IMG/VR virus record: IMGVR_UViG_3300010366_000004 | Span: 1 to 46,021 of that record | Length of the DNA: 46,021 bases | Strand: one strand, 5' to 3' | DNA from: a virus | Lineage: Duplodnaviria > Caudoviricetes | In this document: positions 1 to 9,439 of the stretch, one piece after another | Position numbering within the stretch: position 1 is the stretch's first letter | Layout of the letters: each line of letters begins with the position of its first letter | Notes under the pieces: generated by a model | Database searches by the model: none | Told to the model about the DNA's origin: nothing | The model's input: the letters and a program-made list of their open reading frames with translations, nothing else | Made by a program: the position numbers and the translations under genes

Positions 1-123
1 GCCTACGGGATGGACTCCGGTTTCCTCGGGATGCGTTACGACATCATCATCTGGGACGACCTGGTGGACCAGCGGGTGCTGCGAACTATCGAGTCACGAG
101 AGAACCAGCAGCTGTGGTGGGAC
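1..123. repeat. Direct terminal repeat (copy 1), circular assembly overlap
   Basis: Positions 1-123 are identical to 45899-46021 and lie mid-gene in terL, so this is a circular/permuted assembly of 45,898 bp. Confidence 0.95.
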
Positions 124-1230
124 ACCGTGGCCGAGAAGAGGTTGGAGCCGGCCGGGTTGCTGGTGCTCCAGGGCCAGCGGATGGGCCCGGATGATCTGTA
201 CCGCTACGCCCTGGACAAGAGGGTGGTCCCCGAGGAGGACGAGGACCCCGACGCCGAGACCACCCACAAGTACCGCCACATCGTGTTCAAGGCCCACTAC
301 GACGACCGGTGCACCCTGGCCCACAAGCGGACCGACCCCTACTACCCCGAGGGCTGCCTGCTCGACCCCCGCCGGCTGCCCTGGTCGGAGCTGCGGGGCG
401 AGATGGCCAACATGATGAGCAACTTCGCCGTGGTCTACCAGCAGGAGGACGTCGACCCCAACGCCGCCCTGGTCGACATGGCCTGGATCAAGGGTGGGTC
501 TGACCCCCGCACCGCCGAGATCTACCCCGGCTGTCTCGACGTCGAGCGGGGCCTGGCCGAGCTGCCCAAGGGGTTGAACGGCGAACTGCTGTCCATCGCC
601 ACCGCCGACCCCTCCCCCACCAAGTTCTGGTCCATCCAGTGGTGGGTGGTGCGCCATGTCGACGGCGTGGCCCACGAGCGCTACCTCATGGACCACGTCC
701 GCCAGAAGATGGACGCCCCCTCGTTCCTGGACTGGCACGAGAACATCCGGGCCTTCACCGGGTTGATGGAGGAATGGCAGGCCCGGTCGGTGAACCTGGA
801 CCTGAAGATCAACTACTGGATCGTGGAGGCCAACGCGGCCCAGCGGTTCATGCTTCAGTACAACCACGTGACCCGGTGGATGGCCCACTGGAAGACCAAC
901 CTCATCCCCCACCAGACCGCGGCCAACAAGAGCGACCCCGAGTACGGCATCGAGGTGCTGAAGCCGATCTACCGCTACGGCCAGGTCCGCCTGCCCTACC
1001 GGGCCGGGCCCGCCTACCTGGCTTCGGCCAAGCTCATCGAGGAAGTGACCCACTGGCCCATGGGCCGCTCCGACGACTGCGTCATGGCCCAGTGGTTCCT
1101 CGAATGGCATCTGCCCCGCCTGCTCCCGGTGGGCAAGCTCCTGCCCCGGATGCAACGGCCCACCTGGCTGCGCGAGGCCAACACCTGGGGTCACCGCCGC
1201 AAGTCCCGCCTGCTGACTGGAGCCCGCTGA
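1..1230 (+). CDS. terL: Terminase large subunit, C-terminal part (continues from 45206 across the junction; about 640 aa total)
   Basis: Walker B DIIIWDD, coupling region LQGQR, RNase H-like nuclease motifs (ATADP, WIVEAN, SDDCVMA); in frame with the 45206 ORF. Confidence 0.9.
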   Translation, partial: AYGMDSGFLGMRYDIIIWDDLVDQRVLRTIESRENQQLWWDTVAEKRLEPAGLLVLQGQRMGPDDLYRYALDKRVVPEEDEDPDAETTHKYRHIVFKAHYDDRCTLAHKRTDPYYPEGCLLDPRRLPWSELRGEMANMMSNFAVVYQQEDVDPNAALVDMAWIKGGSDPRTAEIYPGCLDVERGLAELPKGLNGELLSIATADPSPTKFWSIQWWVVRHVDGVAHERYLMDHVRQKMDAPSFLDWHENIRAFTGLMEEWQARSVNLDLKINYWIVEANAAQRFMLQYNHVTRWMAHWKTNLIPHQTAANKSDPEYGIEVLKPIYRYGQVRLPYRAGPAYLASAKLIEEVTHWPMGRSDDCVMAQWFLEWHLPRLLPVGKLLPRMQRPTWLREANTWGHRRKSRLLTGAR

Positions 1231-1424
1231 TGGCCCGAGCCCCCCGCCCCGCCCGCCTGATGCCCATGCCCGGGCTGGGCCCCGAGTCCGCCCAGGACCA
1301 GGAGTCCTTCGCCCAGTCGGCGGTGATCAGTGGTGCGGCCCCCACCGACACCGCCATCTCGGCCCTGCTGTCGGATCAGCCCACCCTGTTCGTCAACCAG
1401 CTCAAGAACGTGACCAAGAAGTGA
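1230..1424 (+). CDS. Hypothetical protein, 64 aa
   Basis: ATG overlaps terL stop (TGATG); GC3-rich codons. Confidence 0.6.
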   Translation: MARAPRPARLMPMPGLGPESAQDQESFAQSAVISGAAPTDTAISALLSDQPTLFVNQLKNVTKK

Positions 1425-1861
1425 TCGTTCACACCGTCATCAGTGTTGGGGAGCGTAATCAGGTGGTGCGTGACGCCACCACGCCCCTCAACGGGGGCGG
1501 CGGGCGGCTGAGTATCTTCGCTCCCCGGTCCATGGCCATGGTCACCGAGATCGAGGCCATCGGGGCCTACACCTCCCCCGAGGACGCCCAGCGGGCCGCC
1601 GCGGCGCACCTGCAGGTGAACCCCAAGGATCGGGTGAAGATCAAGGTGGTCACGGTCGACGCGTTGCCGGCCGCGGCCCTGCCGCCCCCGCCCCAAATCT
1701 GTGTCGACTGCGGGATCGCGGTCACTTCCGGCCACAACCGGTGCATTCCCTGTCTGAAGGCCTTCTATCAGGCCTGCCGGGACGCCGATCCCTTCGGAGG
1801 AGCGGCCGAGGCCGGTCTGGAGGGCGTTCCGGCCAACTTTCGAGCGTTGGAGAAGGCCTGA
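1421..1861 (+). CDS. Hypothetical protein with CxxC...CxxC zinc-binding motif
   Basis: GTGA overlap; CVDC...CIPC. Confidence 0.6.
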   Translation: MIVHTVISVGERNQVVRDATTPLNGGGGRLSIFAPRSMAMVTEIEAIGAYTSPEDAQRAAAAHLQVNPKDRVKIKVVTVDALPAAALPPPPQICVDCGIAVTSGHNRCIPCLKAFYQACRDADPFGGAAEAGLEGVPANFRALEKA

Positions 1862-2127
1862 TGGCGGAAAACATCGCTTTCATGCAGATCGGCAACGCCT
1901 GGTGGTGCGATCAGCACTCCGGACTCCATCAGGGGCTTCTGATCGGCTTCGACCACGAACATCGCAAGCGTTTGCACGCTCTTTTCTTCAATGTGACCCC
2001 GGTGGCCGATTTTCACTTCGACATCGAGGTGGCCGACGTCGTTCCCGAGCTGGCCGAGGCCGAAGACATCGTTCCCGAGGATCTGATCCGGAAAATGCGC
2101 GATGTGAGGGAGCAATACGGGCAATGA
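1861..2127 (+). CDS. Hypothetical protein, 88 aa (MAENIAF...)
   Basis: TGATG overlap upstream and ATGA overlap with the portal start. Confidence 0.6.
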   Translation: MAENIAFMQIGNAWWCDQHSGLHQGLLIGFDHEHRKRLHALFFNVTPVADFHFDIEVADVVPELAEAEDIVPEDLIRKMRDVREQYGQ

Positions 2128-4010
2128 CCGTCTCCGCCGAGCAGATCGTGATGTGGTACCGGGAACGGCGCTCCGCGGCCGGCCCGTTGCACGCCCGGAT
2201 GCAGGAGATCCGCGATCTCTACAACGGCGACGTCCAGGTGCCCCTGCCCGAGCTGGACCGCAACGAGCAGCCCGCGGTGGCCAATCTCATCTCCCAAGGG
2301 CTCGATCAGATGGCCATGCGGGTCGCGTCGACCCTGCCGTCCATCACCTACACCCCATTGAAGCCCGGACAGGCCAAATCCGAGGAATACGCCCGGATTC
2401 GCCGCCTGGCCAACTACAGCTGGTGGCAGCTCAACCGATTCGACCGCCTGCAGCGCAAACGGGCCCGGTGGCTGATCGGTTACGCCGCCGCCCCGGTCAT
2501 CATGCGTCCCGACTTCAAACGGCGGATTCCGGGGTGGCAGCCGGCCGATCCGCTCAACACCTACCCCTCCGAGATGGATCCGGTCGATGTGATGCCGTCC
2601 GACACCATCTTGAGCTACAAGCGGTCCCTGGCCTGGCTCCGCCACCTTTTCCCCGGTCCCATCGGCGCCCTGGAGGTCGGACCGAAGGCTACTCCGGACA
2701 CCATGATCGAACTGCTGGAGTACGTCGATGACACTGAGCACGTTCTTGTCGCAGTGGGAAAAGCTCCAGAGGCAGACCGGGTTCCTTTCGGTCAGGCCCC
2801 TCGTTCTACCGGCCGACCGTATGTTGACCTTCAGCGCTTCGAGAACCGTCTGGGACGCTGCACGGTGGTCTATCCGACCCGGCCCAGTCTGGAGCGTCCC
2901 ACGTCTCAGTTCGATGGTATGCCCAGCTTGTACAAGACGCAGGCACGGGCTATGGCCCTATGGCTTATCGCCGCCGAGCGTGCTGTGTTTCCTGACACGT
3001 GGTTCATCTCCCGCCCCAATGAGACTGTCGACGTCATCGAGGAGCCTGACGGTCGGGCCGGTATTCCGGGTCGGGTGAAGGGTGGCGACCTGCGCGAGGT
3101 CACCACCACGCCGGCTCCGGGCACGGCCCAGATCGTGGACCTGCTGGAGCGCAATCAGCGGGTAGGCGCCGGCCTGTCCCCGGACTTCGGGGGCGAAAAC
3201 CCGACCAATGTGCGAACCGGTCGGGCCGGTGAGCAACTTCTGTCAGCCACGGTGGACTTCTGGGTGCAGGAAGCTCAGGAGACCCTGGCCGTCGCCTACC
3301 AGGAAGAGAATGCCCTCGCCGTCAAGATCATGCGAGCGTATTTCGGGGATGAGCCCAAGAGCTTCGTCGTCAACTTCAAGAAGGTCAACGGCCAGGTCGA
3401 CTACATCCCCCTGATCCACTTCGACAGCTCGACCAACGTGGTCAGCTGGCCGGCGGTGGGGGCCGACGTGAACAGCCTGGCCATCGGCATCGGCCAACGG
3501 CTGGGCCTGGGCGAGATGTCCATCCGCACCGCCCAGGATCTCGACCCCTACATTGACGACTCCGAACGCGAGCACCGCCGGCTCACCACCGAGCAAATCG
3601 AGAAGGCGCTCATCACGTCGATTGATCAGGCCGTGGCCTCCGGGCAGATCGGCCCCCTGGAAGTGGCCCGACTGGTGGAGCTGGTCCGCACCGGAGACAT
3701 GCAGATCTACGAGGCGTTCCAGAAGGTCCACCAGGAGATCGTGGACCAGGCTCAGCAACAGCAACAGCCTCCGGGCCCGAACGGGGCACCTCCTGGCGCT
3801 CTCGGGCCCGGGGGGCCACCGGGGGCCGGTCTAGCAGGCGCTGGCCCCGGTGGTCCGGGCGGCGGTCCTCCGGGTCTTACCAACCCGGGGATCGCGGCCC
3901 AGCTGGGGATGGGGATGCAGAATCCGCCCGGCCAGACCATCGCCGCGCCCACCCCGGGCGTGCAGCACATGGCCCAGCTGTTCAGCGCCCTGCGGCCTAG
4001 GCGGGTGTGA
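2124..4010 (+). CDS. Portal protein (podovirus type), about 628 aa, Q/P/G-rich C-terminus
   Basis: Position after terL, size, VANLI..GLDQMAMRVAS.LP motif, low-complexity tail; GGGAG SD before ATG 2124. Confidence 0.8.
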   Translation: MTVSAEQIVMWYRERRSAAGPLHARMQEIRDLYNGDVQVPLPELDRNEQPAVANLISQGLDQMAMRVASTLPSITYTPLKPGQAKSEEYARIRRLANYSWWQLNRFDRLQRKRARWLIGYAAAPVIMRPDFKRRIPGWQPADPLNTYPSEMDPVDVMPSDTILSYKRSLAWLRHLFPGPIGALEVGPKATPDTMIELLEYVDDTEHVLVAVGKAPEADRVPFGQAPRSTGRPYVDLQRFENRLGRCTVVYPTRPSLERPTSQFDGMPSLYKTQARAMALWLIAAERAVFPDTWFISRPNETVDVIEEPDGRAGIPGRVKGGDLREVTTTPAPGTAQIVDLLERNQRVGAGLSPDFGGENPTNVRTGRAGEQLLSATVDFWVQEAQETLAVAYQEENALAVKIMRAYFGDEPKSFVVNFKKVNGQVDYIPLIHFDSSTNVVSWPAVGADVNSLAIGIGQRLGLGEMSIRTAQDLDPYIDDSEREHRRLTTEQIEKALITSIDQAVASGQIGPLEVARLVELVRTGDMQIYEAFQKVHQEIVDQAQQQQQPPGPNGAPPGALGPGGPPGAGLAGAGPGGPGGGPPGLTNPGIAAQLGMGMQNPPGQTIAAPTPGVQHMAQLFSALRPRRV

Positions 4011-4495
4011 TGCCTCGAAACCGACCGGGAGGAATGCGAGCCGGCGACCCCGGCACCAACTATCCCAATCGAAGCGATCTCAACACTCAGCCCAATCTGC
4101 CGGTCCGGGTGGCCACCAATCAAACCTACGGGAAGGCCCAGGCTCAGGCCCAGGCCCAGCGGACCGTGCCGATGGCCCCTCCTCCCACTCTGATGGGGCC
4201 TCCCGGTGGGGCACCGCCTGGTCCGACCGGATCACCGGCCGGCGGACCGGCGGCCCCGCCGCCGCCCGGTATTCCGCCCGGCGCCTTCGGGGACATCCAC
4301 CGGCCCACCGAGCGACCCCTGGAGCCGGTCACCGCCGGGGCTGCCCTCGGGCCCGGTCCGGGCATGGAGGCACTGCAGGGTCTTCCCGATCAGGGCACCA
4401 CCCAGCTGTCCGGTCTGCTGAGCGCCATCGCCCAGAGTTCGGGTAACTCCGCTCTGGCTCAGCTGGCCGCCAAGGCCGCCGCCAACGGGCAGTAA
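4007..4495 (+). CDS. Pro/Gly-rich virion-module protein
   Basis: Overlaps portal stop; RPTERPLEPVTAGA..GPG motif typical of the post-portal gene in actinobacterial podo-like phages. Confidence 0.6.
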   Translation: MMPRNRPGGMRAGDPGTNYPNRSDLNTQPNLPVRVATNQTYGKAQAQAQAQRTVPMAPPPTLMGPPGGAPPGPTGSPAGGPAAPPPPGIPPGAFGDIHRPTERPLEPVTAGAALGPGPGMEALQGLPDQGTTQLSGLLSAIAQSSGNSALAQLAAKAAANGQ

Positions 4496-7400
4496 ATGGC
4501 CGGGCCCCAGGTCTCCCCCAGCCCGCTCCCGCTTCCGCCGGCCGCGCCGGCTCCGGGTGGGCTCGATCTCATGCTGCGGGCCATGAGCAACGCCGCCCCC
4601 CAGCTCGACCCGAGCGTGCACGCCGCCATCGCCCAATCCCAGACCGATCCCCAGGCCGCGGTGAACGCGGCTCAGGCCACCATGGGCTACCAGAACGCGG
4701 CGGCCATGGTCGACCAGCTCAACAGCTACAGCCTGTCCGACCGGACCGCCACCTACAACGCCATGCCCCGCTCCACCCAGCAGGCCCTGGTGGCCGCCGG
4801 CTTCAAACCGCCCAGCCACGGCGGGGGAATCGGCGGATTTTTCCGGCACGACATCCTCCATCCCCTGGCCCAGGTGGTCACCAGCCCGCTCAAGTCTCAG
4901 GCCGGCAAGGACGTCATGGGCGCCCTCGGCGCCGGCCTGCGCTTCAGTCAGCACCTGGAGCGGATGAACATCGGTCTGGGCTCTCCGGTCAGCCCCATCG
5001 GTGTGATCGCGCCCACCATGACCAGTTCGATTGATCGCTCCATGCAGCGCCAGGCCTTCCATCCCAGCGAGTGGGCCAACATCTGGGACGAGACCGCCAA
5101 CGGGCAGCACTACATCCTCCCCCAGATCCAGCGCCAGGTGCAGAAGCAGTACGGCGACGACACCTACCAGCTGGCCCTCCGACTGGCCACCGGAGCCGAT
5201 CCGGCCGCCATCGTCCAGTCCTTGCCCGCCGATCAGCAGGGGGCCATGCTCAATCGGCTCCAGACCGATCCCAAGCTGCACGAGGCCACCGCCGCCCTTA
5301 ACGCCGGTCACCTGTCGTTCGGTCACGCGGTGATGACGCCCAACTTCATCATCCACCATCCCCGCATCGGCAACGACCTGTCCGGATTGCTGGACGCGGC
5401 CTACGACTGGAACATGGATCCCACCGTCATCGCCGGCAAGGCTGGTAAGGCGCTCAGCGTGGCCCGCTACTTCGTGGGCGACTCCGAAGCGGTGCGGGAT
5501 CTCTACTACGCCGGATCCCACTGGAAGGTCCAGCTCCGCAACGGGGTCACGTCCACCGTGGCCGAACCGGCCAACATGGCCGACCGGCTCCGCTACAGCG
5601 GATCCCAGAACTTCCGCACCGCGGTGCAGGACATCGCCAGCCGCATCCGCAACGAGGGAGCCCAATCGGCCGCCGGCCTGCTGGAGCGCTACCCCGACCT
5701 GCAACCGGTCATCCCCCACATGGTCCAGTCGGGCATGGACACCCCGATGAAGGTGCTCGACTTCTTTTCCGACGGCATGGGCGGCACCGCCTCCATTCTC
5801 AACGGCCGGGCCGCCCGCATCGGAGATCTGCGGGGCGGAGTGGTGCCCCACCTCAACTACATCGGTCAGCAACGGCTGGCCACCCGGCTGAGCCAGGCGA
5901 TTGATTTCACCGCCGACGGACCGAACGAGGTGCCCGTCGGCGAGGGCGACATCATCGACCACCCAGCGAACCCGCCCGGACCGATCAAGAACATCGCGGT
6001 CGGAGCGGCCCGCTGGGGACTGGGTGGTCGGACCCAGAGCCTGCGCCGGCTGTCCACTCTGGTCTCCCAAACCAGCACTTTCGATCCCAGCAACCCCGAG
6101 ACCCTGGGCCGGCTGCGCGACATCGCTCTCTACGCCCTGCCCCGAGCCCAGGCCGATCAGGTGGTCAACGCCTTCGCCGCCACTGCCGATCTGGGCCTCA
6201 AACGGAAGATCTTCGCCGGCCTCATGGAGAACATGGGCCGGGCCGCCGGCATTGACGAGGACAGCGCCCTGTGGCAGCACTACATGAGCCGGTTCACCAT
6301 GGAAGGCGGCGACAACGTGGCCGCCCCCACCCGGCGCTTCGCCCCCGACGGCCAGGACACCTTCGACGCCGGCCACACCAATCCCACCAACGTGGCCATC
6401 CTGGAGAACCAGGCCACCGACGAGTGGGGCATCCCCGACTTCAAGACCTTCCGCATGAACGCCAAGAAGTCGGCCATGATGCGAGCCACCGTCGGCGCCG
6501 TCAACGCGGGCTGGATGGACAAGTACATGCGGCTGTGGCGGGGCATGACCCTGGCCCGGCCCGGCTTCGGTCTGCGGGTGGCCGGCGACGAGGCCTTCGC
6601 CTTCATCCTGCGCGAGGGCCCCCTCGCCTACCTCCAGGCCCGGCTGGCATCCAGCATCGCCAACCGGGCCGCCGCCGCCCCTGAGTTGAGCGTAGCCGAG
6701 CAACAGGCCCGCTCCATCTATCGCCGGCTGACCGAGGACATGCCCACCCGGGTCCGCAACAGCATCACCAACCCCACCGACCTGGCCGCGGCCCAGCTGG
6801 GCCAATCGACCCGCACCGCCATGCAGCGAGTGGACGGGGCCCTGTCCCAGGGCAAGTACATGGCCGGGGCCCGTAAGCTCATCCAGAACGGGGTGCAGGA
6901 CACCGAGGGCGGCTACGCCGATCACATCTGGGCCACCACCCAGCCCTTCGACACCGACCTGGCCCGGGGCCGCCCCCAGCCGGTGACCCTGCAGAACGGC
7001 CGCAAGCTCAAGGCCGAGTTCGTCCGCACCGGTAAGTACGTCCAACTCGACAAGGGCCACGAGGGCTACCTGCAGGCCTACCACAACCAGCTCGATGAAC
7101 TGGCCAACAGCCGGTGGGCCAACACCTCCATGACCCACATCGACGCTCACCCCGACGACCGGATGCGCGAGGTCTCCGACCACATCCAATCGAACGAGAA
7201 GTTGTGGAAGCGCTTCATCCGTTACCTCGGCACCCGGGATGGCAACCTGGTCGCCACCGGGGAGACCACCCGCCAGGCCGCGGCCGAGGATCACGCCCTG
7301 GCCGTCAGTCAGCTGGTGGATGCCTCCGTGAAGACCCCGCTCGGTGAGCACATCCGGGCCGCCTTCGGAGCGCCCGGGAAACCGTTCGGAACCGGCGACG

Positions 7401-9439
7401 AGATGACCATGGCCGAATACCTCCAGGAGTACGGCCAATCGCCCTCGGTGGAGAAGCTGGGCCAGATCCCCTTCGAGCAGAGGCCCCAGTTTGCCAAAGG
7501 ACCCGAGCAGGTGCTGGGTTTCGGCCGCACCGGCAACTTCCTGCAGCAGCTCACCGACAAGACCTTCGAGAAGATCGTTTCCCCCCAGCTCAACTGGATC
7601 AGCCGCCAACCGATCTTCCTGCACAACTACACCGTGTCCCGGGATGCCTGGGCCCGCCAAGCCAACATCTGGCGCCAATCGGGCATGAGCGAGAACAAGA
7701 TCGAGGAGCTGACCCACCAGTACGCCATGCAACGGGCGTTCAAGCTCACCGTCCCCTACATCCACAACCCCGAGCTGAAATCCCAGATGTCGGTGATGAC
7801 CCGCAATCTGGCCCCGTTCTGGTTCGCCCAGGAGCAGGCGTACAAGCGCTACGCCCGCACCCTCAAGGTGGCGCCCTGGGGTGTGCGCCAGGCCCAGCTC
7901 ATCAATCAGGGACTGGTCCACGCCGGGTTCATCCACACCGACCAGCAAACCGGGGCCGAGTATTTCGTCTACCCGCTCACCTCCATCGGGATGGACGTCA
8001 TCACCCGGGTGTTGAGCCACTTCAATCAATCGGCCACCCTGCCCGTCAGCGCTGGATTGATCGGCCAGGTGTCGGGCCTCAGTCCGTCCTTCGAGCGCAT
8101 GGGCCTACCCAACTTCGGTCCCTTCGTGGTCACCCCCATGAACGCCATCAAATCCATGGCCCCCCGCACCACCGCGCTGGTGGACACCGTCCTCGGCCAG
8201 CAGGCCTCCAACCAGGGACTGCTGAAGCCGCTCCTGCCCGGCAACATCGTGCGGGCCATGGACATCCTGGCTCCCGACGCCCTGGACCATTCTCAGGCCG
8301 CCTCAGCTCAGATGCAGGCCATCCAGGCTCTGGAGGCCACCGGTCATGGCCTTGGGGCGCCGGCTACCAACAACCGGGGCACCTACAACGGGACCGGAGT
8401 CCCGCCCGGGTTGGGCGGCAAGACCGGCGACTACTTCACCGACGTGCACGGCACTCAGTACGTCATGCAGGGCGATGGCCGGTGGCGGGCCAACGACGCC
8501 GCGGCCATGGACCAGTACCTCAAGCGAGTGGACAAGTGGACCCGCTCGTTCATGGTGATGCGGGCCATCCTCGGCCTGTCCGGCCCGGCTTCCCCCGAAG
8601 TGCAGTTCAACCCCGACAACCTCCACCAGGATCTGCAGCGCTACCTCAGCGACAAGGGAATGACCGTCAGCCAGGCCCTGACCGCCTTTCTGCAACAGCA
8701 TCCCGATGCCAGCGCCTACACCGTCTTCCAGACCAAATCCGGTGACGGGACCCCGGCTCCAGCGGTGGCGCCGGCCATGGCCTGGATGGACGCCCATCAC
8801 AACTTCGTGGCCGCCCACCGCGACGCGGCCAGCTACTTCATCCCCATGCCCGACACCACCGGGAAGTTTGATCTGCCCGCCTACCAGGAGCAGCTGGCCG
8901 AAGGGTTCCGGGTCAAGAAGTCACCCAAGGAGTTCTACAACGACGTGGTCTACGCCATGTCGGCCAACACCTACTTCAACGCCCTGGACAACAAGAACCG
9001 ATTGGTGTCCGCCCCGCCGGCCGGCATGACCAAGTCCGACGTCACCGGGGCCTGGACCCAGTGGTCCCAGAACTTCATGGCCACCAACCCCCTCTTCGCT
9101 GATCAGCTCACTTCGTCGAATGGGCCATTGGTGCGAGCCCAGATCATGGAGGACGTCGGCCACGCCCTCAACGATCCCAACCTGCCCCACACGCCTCAGA
9201 CGGTGGACGTGGCCACCCTCTACGACGGCTGGCACAACTGGCAGGCCATGGTCACCACCGGCCCCAACTCGCCCCAACTCTCCTCAACCATGAAGAGTCA
9301 GGTCGACCAGCAGTTCGCCATCTGGGCCGAGCAGTTCGTGACCCAACACCCTGACGTGCGGCCCCTCTACGAGAAGGCGATCAAGCCCAATCTCATCCCG
9401 GTGCTCGACGCCATGGCCAATGCAGGAGGGACCGTGTAA
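4496..9439 (+). CDS. Large internal virion/ejection protein, 1647 aa
   Basis: Long helical Ala/Gln-rich ORF with strong GC3 bias in the structural operon, adjacent to muralytic virion proteins; function inferred. Confidence 0.6.
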   Translation: MAGPQVSPSPLPLPPAAPAPGGLDLMLRAMSNAAPQLDPSVHAAIAQSQTDPQAAVNAAQATMGYQNAAAMVDQLNSYSLSDRTATYNAMPRSTQQALVAAGFKPPSHGGGIGGFFRHDILHPLAQVVTSPLKSQAGKDVMGALGAGLRFSQHLERMNIGLGSPVSPIGVIAPTMTSSIDRSMQRQAFHPSEWANIWDETANGQHYILPQIQRQVQKQYGDDTYQLALRLATGADPAAIVQSLPADQQGAMLNRLQTDPKLHEATAALNAGHLSFGHAVMTPNFIIHHPRIGNDLSGLLDAAYDWNMDPTVIAGKAGKALSVARYFVGDSEAVRDLYYAGSHWKVQLRNGVTSTVAEPANMADRLRYSGSQNFRTAVQDIASRIRNEGAQSAAGLLERYPDLQPVIPHMVQSGMDTPMKVLDFFSDGMGGTASILNGRAARIGDLRGGVVPHLNYIGQQRLATRLSQAIDFTADGPNEVPVGEGDIIDHPANPPGPIKNIAVGAARWGLGGRTQSLRRLSTLVSQTSTFDPSNPETLGRLRDIALYALPRAQADQVVNAFAATADLGLKRKIFAGLMENMGRAAGIDEDSALWQHYMSRFTMEGGDNVAAPTRRFAPDGQDTFDAGHTNPTNVAILENQATDEWGIPDFKTFRMNAKKSAMMRATVGAVNAGWMDKYMRLWRGMTLARPGFGLRVAGDEAFAFILREGPLAYLQARLASSIANRAAAAPELSVAEQQARSIYRRLTEDMPTRVRNSITNPTDLAAAQLGQSTRTAMQRVDGALSQGKYMAGARKLIQNGVQDTEGGYADHIWATTQPFDTDLARGRPQPVTLQNGRKLKAEFVRTGKYVQLDKGHEGYLQAYHNQLDELANSRWANTSMTHIDAHPDDRMREVSDHIQSNEKLWKRFIRYLGTRDGNLVATGETTRQAAAEDHALAVSQLVDASVKTPLGEHIRAAFGAPGKPFGTGDEMTMAEYLQEYGQSPSVEKLGQIPFEQRPQFAKGPEQVLGFGRTGNFLQQLTDKTFEKIVSPQLNWISRQPIFLHNYTVSRDAWARQANIWRQSGMSENKIEELTHQYAMQRAFKLTVPYIHNPELKSQMSVMTRNLAPFWFAQEQAYKRYARTLKVAPWGVRQAQLINQGLVHAGFIHTDQQTGAEYFVYPLTSIGMDVITRVLSHFNQSATLPVSAGLIGQVSGLSPSFERMGLPNFGPFVVTPMNAIKSMAPRTTALVDTVLGQQASNQGLLKPLLPGNIVRAMDILAPDALDHSQAASAQMQAIQALEATGHGLGAPATNNRGTYNGTGVPPGLGGKTGDYFTDVHGTQYVMQGDGRWRANDAAAMDQYLKRVDKWTRSFMVMRAILGLSGPASPEVQFNPDNLHQDLQRYLSDKGMTVSQALTAFLQQHPDASAYTVFQTKSGDGTPAPAVAPAMAWMDAHHNFVAAHRDAASYFIPMPDTTGKFDLPAYQEQLAEGFRVKKSPKEFYNDVVYAMSANTYFNALDNKNRLVSAPPAGMTKSDVTGAWTQWSQNFMATNPLFADQLTSSNGPLVRAQIMEDVGHALNDPNLPHTPQTVDVATLYDGWHNWQAMVTTGPNSPQLSSTMKSQVDQQFAIWAEQFVTQHPDVRPLYEKAIKPNLIPVLDAMANAGGTV

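Noticed and set aside
4232-8029. 1265-aa minus-strand ORF and similar long antisense ORFs (9367-11187, 14645-16240, 29730-32291, 34508-35599)
   Set aside because: Shadow frames of GC3-rich real genes; no motifs or RBS
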